Below are positions 43,879 to 50,991 of a DNA stretch of 52,198 bases, piece by piece. The notes beneath the pieces are model-generated. The model was not told the origin of the DNA, did no database searches, and saw only the letters and a program-made list of their open reading frames with translations. Source of the DNA: an uncultured Gammaproteobacteria bacterium (lineage in GTDB: Bacteria > Patescibacteriota > Patescibacteriia > Patescibacteriales > UBA12465); the NCBI GenBank assembly GCA_964404515.1, contig CAYOKE010000002.1, positions 1-52,198 of the forward strand, given 5' to 3'. Every line of letters starts with the position of its first letter. Within the stretch, counting starts at the first letter, position 1. The position numbers and the translations under genes were made by a program.

Positions 43879-44271
43879 TTAGAGGTTATCTTTTAGGAAA
43901 TTAGCTAATTCTATAAGCGGTTGCTTTTTGCTGTCCCAATGATAGGTTTTGATGCTGGCCGACTGGGCGCTCGCCACAGCTTCGGGGCTATGCTCAAAAT
44001 AGATGGCTTCCTCGGGTTTCAGGCCAAAATGATTAAGCATTTGGCGGTAATATTCCGGGTTGGTTTTATTCGGATTGTGTTTGAGGGTAAAGACTTTGTA
44101 TGGCGCCTTATCCAAGCCGAATTTTAGGAGCTGTTCGCCATTGGCATTAGTAAGGATGATTTTTTGGTTTGGAAAGTCGTCGAGCATTTTCTGGAGAGGC
44201 GTAAAAATCTTGAAATCATTTGCGATTTCAATAACCAAGGTACCGACCGCGTCGACGAGGATAGTTTTCAT
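43879..44271 (-). CDS. HAD-like hydrolase (small)
   Basis: N-terminal motif I-like ILVDAVGTLV. 130 aa. Confidence 0.5.
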   Translation of the reverse strand: MKTILVDAVGTLVIEIANDFKIFTPLQKMLDDFPNQKIILTNANGEQLLKFGLDKAPYKVFTLKHNPNKTNPEYYRQMLNHFGLKPEEAIYFEHSPEAVASAQSASIKTYHWDSKKQPLIELANFLKDNL

Positions 44272-44810
44272 ATTTGATTAATTATATCCATTAATTCCGT
44301 AGTAGCAAAATGCAAGACATAAGGAATAAACCTGGTTTTTTCTTCATCGGTCAAATTCAGTAATTTATTGAGCGTCCAAACTTCAAACCCCAAAGCCTTA
44401 CCTGCTTCAATCTTCAAATCCTTAACATCTCCTTTATAAATATAGACGTATCTGGCATTAAAAACATTATTTATTTTATTAGCGGTCTTATCTTCAGAAT
44501 ATTTTTTTATCTTGTTTATCAAAATTAAATCACTAGATTTAATTTTTACGCCAGTTTCTTCCCCAGTTTCTTTAATGGCGGTTTCTTCATAACTATCGCC
44601 TATCTCAACATGTCCGCCGACGGTGGCGTCTAATAAATTAGGATAGACATCCTTGTCTTTTGCTTGATGTTGAAAGATAATCTCCTTGTTTGGAGTAATA
44701 AAATAAACATGTATTTCTCGGTGAAGCAAACCATTTTTATGAATATTTTCTCTGGTTTCTTCGCTGATTATTTCGTCATGGTCATTAACGATATTTAATA
44801 TTTTTTTCAT
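44268..44810 (-). CDS. NUDIX hydrolase (IDI-like)
   Basis: Nudix box GGHVEIGDSYEETAIKETGEETGV. Start set at MKKILNIV to avoid a 41-nt overlap. Confidence 0.8.
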   Translation of the reverse strand: MKKILNIVNDHDEIISEETRENIHKNGLLHREIHVYFITPNKEIIFQHQAKDKDVYPNLLDATVGGHVEIGDSYEETAIKETGEETGVKIKSSDLILINKIKKYSEDKTANKINNVFNARYVYIYKGDVKDLKIEAGKALGFEVWTLNKLLNLTDEEKTRFIPYVLHFATTELMDIINQI

Positions 44811-44814
44811 ATGG

Positions 44815-45771
44815 TTAATAAGCCGTCGTTCTGGTCCTATGATAAGGCTTATCATCGGGAAATTTTTCTTGAGTAGCTAGCCATAAATGATCATTAATCT
44901 CGCTAGACATGATTTTATGATCCCCCCTGGCCACTATTTGCTTAATAAATTCTATTGCCCAGATAGTATTTGCCCTAATCTCAATTTCTTCATTCGAATT
45001 ATGTTCCAGTTCTATTTTATTATCAATTTTTTCGGCCAGTTCTTCAGAATAAACAAAAATACCAAACTTTCTTAAAATTTGTGGTAATTTATAATCAGCA
45101 CAAGCCGTTATAGACTCGATGCCTTTTAATTCCCCAAAACCACGGCCGTTAAATATTTGATAAATATCGGAAACTAACAATTGCGCTCTCTTATTAAAAA
45201 ATATTGTTTGTCCATTATAGGCAGATTCGTCTTTAAAAACTGGAAAATCGCTGATAACCAAATTCAACAGTTTTTGTGAATCCTTATTAGCCGCTTTTAC
45301 TAGATTATCTAAATGGCCGTTATATTTTTCTTGAGCAATCCGTCCGATTTCGTTAATAATCCCCAGTCTTTCTTTAAATAGCGGGATTTCTGTATTGGCT
45401 TTTAAAATATTGTCAAAGTCTTCGGCTGATAAATTGGCACAATAGTTAAAATTTAATATATTATAGCCCTCCTGTATTGCTCGTCCCAGAGCCATAATCA
45501 TTCCCCAGGCCCCATCATGTGATTTTCCCTCAAAGTCAATAGTCCATTTCGGCTCGCCCCAATAACAAAAACTCAAAGCGTTAAAAACAAATAAAAAATG
45601 CAGTTTATCTTCATCAGAAAAATGAAAAAAATTAAAAGGAGCTTCGCTTAACCAATGATGAACAGAGCCGTGTTCAAAGGTGCTGGCGAAATCAGTAAGC
45701 CTATCCATGTCTATTTTTACGGATTGTGAATTATCTACGACAAATTTTGTTGTTTCTAAAATTTTATTCAT
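44815..45771 (-). CDS. queuosine salvage family protein (DUF2419/Qng1-like), putative
   Basis: 318 aa. The FVFNALSFCYWGEPKW segment resembles the family signature as I recall it. Needs an HMM check. Confidence 0.5.
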   Translation of the reverse strand: MNKILETTKFVVDNSQSVKIDMDRLTDFASTFEHGSVHHWLSEAPFNFFHFSDEDKLHFLFVFNALSFCYWGEPKWTIDFEGKSHDGAWGMIMALGRAIQEGYNILNFNYCANLSAEDFDNILKANTEIPLFKERLGIINEIGRIAQEKYNGHLDNLVKAANKDSQKLLNLVISDFPVFKDESAYNGQTIFFNKRAQLLVSDIYQIFNGRGFGELKGIESITACADYKLPQILRKFGIFVYSEELAEKIDNKIELEHNSNEEIEIRANTIWAIEFIKQIVARGDHKIMSSEINDHLWLATQEKFPDDKPYHRTRTTAY

Positions 45772-45920
45772 AAAAACGCTATCTCATTTCAGCCGCTTGC
45801 AATGTAGCGGCAATCTTCGATAACGAATTCGCCTTATGATGTTCCGTCTAAAATTGAAAATAAAAGCAATTTTTCTTCAGTGCGGAGAGGGTGGGACGCA
45901 CTTAGAACGGTTTTGATTAA

Positions 45921-46796
45921 TTATCCAAGAGGAACTACGTCAGAAATATTGATTTGATCCGGAAATTCATTACGCAATTTTTCAATATCTTCTTTTTCCA
46001 TATTCCACCCAATAGCCCCTAGGTTTTCCTTTAGATGTTCTAAACTACGAGTTTTAGACAGAGTTACCACGTTTGATTGTGATATGAGCCAATTTATTGA
46101 AATTTGAGCAAAAGTTTTATTGTATTTTTTGCACATATCTTCAATAATCTTCGGGGTTGTTTCAAACAATTTAGATTTTTCCGTTGGCCTATAAGCTACA
46201 ATCATCACGTCATTTTCTTGGCAGTATTTTAGAAGTCCGCTTTGCTCAACCTCTCTCACCCTTAGATTATAGTGGACTTGATTGCAAACGATGGGATATT
46301 TGCTATAACTCTGCGCTTCTTTTAGATGCTCAACATTAAAGTTTGAGACCCCAATATTTTTAACTAACCCCTTATCTTTTAATTCAACAAGAGCCTTCAT
46401 AGTTTCTTCCAAAGAAAAATCTTTTGGAAATTGGTGTAATAGGTATAAATCTAGATAATCCACGTCTAATCTTTCCAAACTTTTTTTGCAGGCATTTATT
46501 ACGCCTTCGTATCCTTGATTACTTCCATGCACTTTTGAAACGATAAACAAATCTTCTCTCTTTATATTATTTTCTTTTAGAGCTTGGGCGATTATTTCTT
46601 CCGAGTGCCCATTAGCATATGATTCGGCAGTATCAATATGGATAATTCCTTCTTTTATAGCTGAATTTATTGCCTCAATATCAGTCTTGTCGTCATTTAG
46701 AAAGTCTCTCTCATTTCTTCCTCCCATCTGCCACGTACCCAGTCCGTACTCTGGAATCTCAAAACCATTTTTAAGTTTTTTAGTTGGAATATTCAT
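45921..46796 (-). CDS. aldo/keto reductase
   Basis: GLGTWQMG, IDTAESYAN, VSKVH and IGVSNF motifs. Confidence 0.9.
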   Translation of the reverse strand: MNIPTKKLKNGFEIPEYGLGTWQMGGRNERDFLNDDKTDIEAINSAIKEGIIHIDTAESYANGHSEEIIAQALKENNIKREDLFIVSKVHGSNQGYEGVINACKKSLERLDVDYLDLYLLHQFPKDFSLEETMKALVELKDKGLVKNIGVSNFNVEHLKEAQSYSKYPIVCNQVHYNLRVREVEQSGLLKYCQENDVMIVAYRPTEKSKLFETTPKIIEDMCKKYNKTFAQISINWLISQSNVVTLSKTRSLEHLKENLGAIGWNMEKEDIEKLRNEFPDQINISDVVPLG

Positions 46797-46860
46797 AATT
46801 TTACTTTAAGAATTTTTTGTTAATTGTCTTGGCAAATAGGGTGAGATGTAGCTGAAACGC

Positions 46861-47457
46861 TTATTGCTCAATAACAACAAAATCGCCCTCCTCTAAGGCA
46901 TAAATTGGCAAAGATTTATCACCATATTCAACAAGCTCATCATAAGCCTTCTGCCAATCTATTGCGCCCCTAGGGTCGCTACTGCCGAATCCAGATTTAT
47001 AATGGGGTATAAATCTGATAGGCAATATTCCTAACCCGTCAAAACATTGCCGCCAATCGCACGTCCAAAAATGTTTAGATAAAGCATTTGAGCTGGCCGA
47101 GCTAGTCGCCACGACTTTATCTTTCCAAATTTCCGGTAAGTTATACTGTTTGAGCCAATACAATAATAAAAAATCATCCCCTCCCGATAGAGTAATAACA
47201 TCATTATTTTTTATTTGTTCAACAAATTTGTCAGGTAAAGCCATTTCAAATTTAGGCTTAATGTCGTTACCGATTAATTGTGAAAACAGAGACTTATATG
47301 ATTCAAATTTTTCCTCCCAATTTTCTCGTTTTTCCGCAAAAGAACAAGATAAAATTCGAGGCTCCTTGCCTAAGTCTTTAATCATTTCCTTAAAAAATAG
47401 AGCAGCTTTTTCTAAATTATTTTTTGTGCCGCCAGAATTAAGAATATATTTTGTCAT
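46861..47457 (-). CDS. peptidase S51 / GATase1-like protein
   Basis: ITLSGGDDFLL and ATSSASSNAL motifs. ATGA overlap with the upstream repeat-protein gene. Confidence 0.55.
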   Translation of the reverse strand: MTKYILNSGGTKNNLEKAALFFKEMIKDLGKEPRILSCSFAEKRENWEEKFESYKSLFSQLIGNDIKPKFEMALPDKFVEQIKNNDVITLSGGDDFLLLYWLKQYNLPEIWKDKVVATSSASSNALSKHFWTCDWRQCFDGLGILPIRFIPHYKSGFGSSDPRGAIDWQKAYDELVEYGDKSLPIYALEEGDFVVIEQ

Positions 47458-47804
47458 ATCGAAAAATTATAATAAGAAGATTCCCCGTAGTCATAAAGAC
47501 TTATACCATTGCCATTAACATTTCCAGAAAAGTGTGCTGAATCGTCATAGTCATAGCCGCTAAATTTGTTACTATTTATCTTTAATGAAATATGGCTACT
47601 ATTACCATAATGATATAGGTTTGGTAAATTGCCGCTTATATGGCAGTTCTCTGAATAGTCATAAATAGACACTCTTTCCAAACTTACGGAGCCACTAAAA
47701 GAATGATACTGAGAGGATGAATAGTCATAAACAGCACTTTTATTTTGTGCTGTTATTATTCTGCCAACAATGTAAGCAATGGCTCTACGAGTTTGTGGTT
47801 TCAT
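47454..47804 (-). CDS. small Y-D-Y repeat protein, unknown family
   Basis: Five copies of h-Y-(D/H)-Y-x-x-(S/N)-x-(H/Y)-h-S-(G), starting at residues 25, 47, 63, 83 and 103 of 116. Confidence 0.7.
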   Translation of the reverse strand: MKPQTRRAIAYIVGRIITAQNKSAVYDYSSSQYHSFSGSVSLERVSIYDYSENCHISGNLPNLYHYGNSSHISLKINSNKFSGYDYDDSAHFSGNVNGNGISLYDYGESSYYNFSI

Positions 47805-47815
47805 ATAGATTTTGG

Positions 47816-48352
47816 CTACTTGGTAAACAAATCATGTAAAACCAATAAATTAGTTTGCACTATTTGCACACTACTAAAAATCTCCCTTAATTTATGGTCT
47901 TTTAGTTTATGAGCCTCACATTTAAAATGATTCTTAAAATTTGCTTTGCATTTTTCTCTAAAATTCTTTTTATCGGTGCTACAAACTTGTTTTTTTCCAG
48001 CTATTGCTAGTATCATCCCTTCGGTATTTGGATCACATAATTGAACCAAATTCCTTTTTTCTAAAATAAATTTTTTTATTTCTTCTGAATCATCTAAATC
48101 ATTATCTATGATAAACAAAAAATTAACATGCGCATAATCTTTTTTTGGCCTCAAATCATTCGCTTTACATAGTTTATTATATTTTCTTTTAAATTCAGCA
48201 AAATCTCTAACTCCTCCCATATCCTGCGGCCTTCCAAATCTTATTTTTTTATTCCAATATAATATTTTTAAAAAATTAAAAACATGAATCTCGGTTTCAC
48301 CCTCACAAAAAGGGATAATTAAATCTTTCTGTTTTATCTTATTTCTCCTCAT
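47816..48352 (-). CDS. RloB-like (AbiLii-like, TOPRIM-type) protein
   Basis: IIPFCEGETEIHVFNFLK (compare the RloB CEGE-TE motif), FLFIIDNDLDD and LCDPNTEGMILAI. 4-nt overlap with the ATPase gene. Confidence 0.6.
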   Translation of the reverse strand: MRRNKIKQKDLIIPFCEGETEIHVFNFLKILYWNKKIRFGRPQDMGGVRDFAEFKRKYNKLCKANDLRPKKDYAHVNFLFIIDNDLDDSEEIKKFILEKRNLVQLCDPNTEGMILAIAGKKQVCSTDKKNFREKCKANFKNHFKCEAHKLKDHKLREIFSSVQIVQTNLLVLHDLFTK

Positions 48353-49584
48353 AACAACTGCTTTAATTTGTAATCAAATACCGAAATGTCTGGAACACCT
48401 CCGAACATGCCGAGCCTATATTTTTTCTTGATATTGTCTCGACTTTTAACATCTTCGATTTCCGACAATTTATAGACAACGGACGAGGAATTTTCTTTTT
48501 CCACAATAAACGTTTGATCTATATCTAGCAAATCCATGGTATCGTGGTTATGAGAAGCAAAAAATAACTGCGCGTTCTTTGTATTAAATTCTTTATTCTT
48601 AAAGAGTGAAAGTAGTGCCAACTCAATATCCGGATGAAAGTAACGATTAGTTTCGTCATAAATTACAGTACCACCATTTTTAAACGCAGTTAAAATATCA
48701 TAAATATGGCAAAATAATTCCCTGGTGCCAGCCGATTCTTCTAATATTTCAATACTGTCGGCAAAGTCTTTATGCTTAACCTTAATAGACATACTGCTAT
48801 TGTTCTCGGTATTTATTTCTAAATTCTCGATGGTATCATCAAAACAACTAATTATCTCTTTTGTGAGCTTTAAGGCTTCATCTTTTTTCTCTTTGTCAAA
48901 TGAATTAATTTTAAAGGCATTCATAAAAATTGCCGCAGGAATCGGCATGCCAATGTCAAACCCATCGGTTTTAAGAAAACCTGGATTCTGTTTCCTATAA
49001 TTTATAAAGTCTATTACCGCCTTAGCCCCAACATTATTTATCAGATGAGAAATAAAAGTTTGATATTCTTGAACATTGGCAATAGACAAATAATCTTCAT
49101 GATCCTTATAGTCCGGGCCAAAATTAACGCCCTTAACAGTCCTGGTAAAAATCTCTTTTGGTTTTGCGGAAACTTTATCAAGTGTCGTAATAAATAATTT
49201 TTCGCCAATAATACTATCACCATTTTTTATCTCTATATCGTACTTATAATAATTATTATTTATAAGAAAATCTATGCCTAATTTTGTTGACTTATCTTTG
49301 AATTTCTTATACATGTTGGGGCGACATAACAAAATTTTACTAACAGTATCCTTAGGCGTATTTATATTATAAATAAGCCTAATTAATGTAACCATTGCTT
49401 TTAGTACATTACTTTTACCACTTGCATTGGCTCCAAAGAAACCATTAATTAGCGATATCTTTTCCAATTTTTCATGTTGAAAATAACCTCCATTTTTTTC
49501 GGTCTTTTTCCCGCCTTTTATAAACTCTAACTCCATTTTTTCTCCAATAGAATAAAAGTTGCTAATTCTCACTTTTGTTATCAT
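48349..49584 (-). CDS. AAA_15/AAA_21-type ATPase (RloA/AbiLi-like)
   Basis: ISNFYSIGE N-terminus, Walker A GANASGKSN, Walker B VIYDETNRYFHP, and FFASHNHD. Confidence 0.85.
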   Translation of the reverse strand: MITKVRISNFYSIGEKMELEFIKGGKKTEKNGGYFQHEKLEKISLINGFFGANASGKSNVLKAMVTLIRLIYNINTPKDTVSKILLCRPNMYKKFKDKSTKLGIDFLINNNYYKYDIEIKNGDSIIGEKLFITTLDKVSAKPKEIFTRTVKGVNFGPDYKDHEDYLSIANVQEYQTFISHLINNVGAKAVIDFINYRKQNPGFLKTDGFDIGMPIPAAIFMNAFKINSFDKEKKDEALKLTKEIISCFDDTIENLEINTENNSSMSIKVKHKDFADSIEILEESAGTRELFCHIYDILTAFKNGGTVIYDETNRYFHPDIELALLSLFKNKEFNTKNAQLFFASHNHDTMDLLDIDQTFIVEKENSSSVVYKLSEIEDVKSRDNIKKKYRLGMFGGVPDISVFDYKLKQLL

Positions 49585-49654
49585 ATAGATAATATTACAA
49601 TAAATTGTTATATTTCAATTATAGTATATTAAAAAAATGATGTCAAGTCTTATT

Positions 49655-49674
49655 TTTTACATTTTAATGTAAAA
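49655..49674. promoter_or_regulatory. 9-bp perfect inverted repeat in a divergent promoter region
   Basis: TTTTACATT-TT-AATGTAAAA. Confidence 0.35.
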
Positions 49675-49755
49675 TATTAAAAATAATAAATTTAACAAAA
49701 CAAACTAAAATTAGCTCAAATTGTTATTAGTCTTTATTTGTGCCAAAATAAGACT

Positions 49756-50574
49756 ATGGCAACCCACGAAATCAAACAAAAAATTGAGATTCTGCTCGAT
49801 AAATATCAGAAAAATTCAGGCACCGTTAAGGGTTTTGACGTTCTTTTTGAATACGTTGATTTTTTAAAGAGCGAGCCATATACTGTCAATCTGTTAAAGT
49901 CTCAATTTGACTATGCCAAAGACCAAGTGGCCCAACTGGACGAATATATAGCTAAGAATAACTGCTTTAAAGAAATTCCTAATCCGCATAAAATAATGGA
50001 GTTTAAAGATGTCTCCGATGTTCCTATGCATAAGGATATGTTAGCGGTCGGCCTGGAACAGCGGAAAAATCAGGAACACGCCAATATGTCACAAATGCTC
50101 CCCATGGCCATAACTCAACTGGTTATGCTTTACGAGGGTATGGGCAGAATTAAAGAACAGTTAAAGAATAAAGAAGAAATAGACGACAAATTAAATATTC
50201 TCCAGGAACTGCCAACATCTACATTAAGAGTTAAAGTCGGTGAAGAATTAAACAGCATACCTTTTGCGGTTTTTGCTAAAACAAACTTGCTCATCTCCGC
50301 TAAATACATTTTGGATAAAATTGATATTGAAGAATTGTCCGAGGAAACTAAAAAAGAACCCTGGTTTGATAAGGTTAATAGCGTTCTATATTTTCAAAAC
50401 AAGCAGATAAAAATAACTCTCAAAAATGATAAGCCTCTGGATCATTATATTCTTGAGGCAATATTTTCTAAAAACGATTTAAACAAACTGATTTTGTTGA
50501 AATTGCCGAGGATATTCTCAAAGAAGAATATAACGGCAAATGGGAACGGTTCCGCCACGCTTGCGATAAACTGA
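49756..50574 (+). CDS. hypothetical protein, apparently frameshifted (coding signal continues in the -1 frame to 50675)
   Basis: ATG at 49756 (the track start 49738 is TTG). The -1 frame opens at 50472 and reads ..DFVEIAEDILKEEYNGKWERFRHACDKLNQKIFKATDNQISDFIEYTTGKTGWCKVNQKYQ, stopping at 50673-50675 just before a strong terminator. Confidence 0.6.
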   Translation: MATHEIKQKIEILLDKYQKNSGTVKGFDVLFEYVDFLKSEPYTVNLLKSQFDYAKDQVAQLDEYIAKNNCFKEIPNPHKIMEFKDVSDVPMHKDMLAVGLEQRKNQEHANMSQMLPMAITQLVMLYEGMGRIKEQLKNKEEIDDKLNILQELPTSTLRVKVGEELNSIPFAVFAKTNLLISAKYILDKIDIEELSEETKKEPWFDKVNSVLYFQNKQIKITLKNDKPLDHYILEAIFSKNDLNKLILLKLPRIFSKKNITANGNGSATLAIN

Positions 50575-50694
50575 ATCAAAAAATCTTTAAAGCAACTGAT
50601 AACCAGATTAGCGACTTCATAGAATACACGACCGGAAAGACAGGTTGGTGCAAAGTTAATCAAAAATACCAATAAAAACAATTAAATAGACTTT

Positions 50695-50730
50695 AGGCCT
50701 TGCATGCAAAATGGTGCAAGGCCTTTTTTG
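50695..50730 (+). terminator. rho-independent terminator
   Basis: AGGCCTTGCA / 10-nt loop / TGCAAGGCCT followed by TTTTTT. Confidence 0.85.
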
Positions 50731-50742
50731 TATGCTTAAGTC

Positions 50743-50889
50743 ATGATTCAACATTATGACGAACAATTAATATCAGAAACCCAAGAATATTTTAGCGGAT
50801 TGTATGGGCGAGCCATAACTCCCGATGAGGCGGAATCTTTTTTGAAATCTTTAGTTAATTTATACGATTCTCTTTCTAATAAGGATTAA
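50743..50889 (+). CDS. 48-aa ORF below the ORF-track cutoff, hypothetical
   Basis: Translates as MIQHYDEQLISETQEYFSGLYGRAITPDEAESFLKSLVNLYDSLSNKD. Sits between a terminator and the long hairpin upstream of Rep. Confidence 0.35.
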   Translation: MIQHYDEQLISETQEYFSGLYGRAITPDEAESFLKSLVNLYDSLSNKD

Positions 50890-50950
50890 CTCTTTTTTTT
50901 CTTTTCGGCGGCTACCCCTTGGGGGAGCCGAAAAGAAAAAAGTTATCCTT
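50881..50950. repeat. ~70-nt long imperfect inverted repeat (candidate origin or terminator)
   Basis: Arms 50881-50909 and 50927-50950 pair over about 24 bp: AAGGAT(T)AAC/GTTATCCTT, T-run/A-run, CTTTTCGGC/GCCGAAAAG. The apex is a CCCC-TTG-GGGG mini-hairpin. Confidence 0.7.
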
Positions 50951-50991
50951 GTTAAAAGAACTTCTAATTAGAAATAGATAATAACAAATAT

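Noticed and set aside
45772-45920. Possible preQ1 riboswitch in the 149-nt leader of the queuosine-salvage-like gene. On the minus strand there is a 5-bp hairpin (GUGCG-12 nt-CGCAC) followed by an A-rich tail, plus a second hairpin (GCCGCU-8 nt-AGCGGC).
   Set aside because: Compared by eye with the preQ1-I examples I remember (Bsu AGAGGUUCUAGCUACACCCUCUAUAAAAAACUAAGG, Tte type), the loop and tail lack the conserved UUC..ACCC core. The tail also cannot form P2 with the loop. A cmscan against Rfam preQ1-I/II/III would settle it. Until then I treat these as ordinary hairpins or the terminator of the AKR gene.
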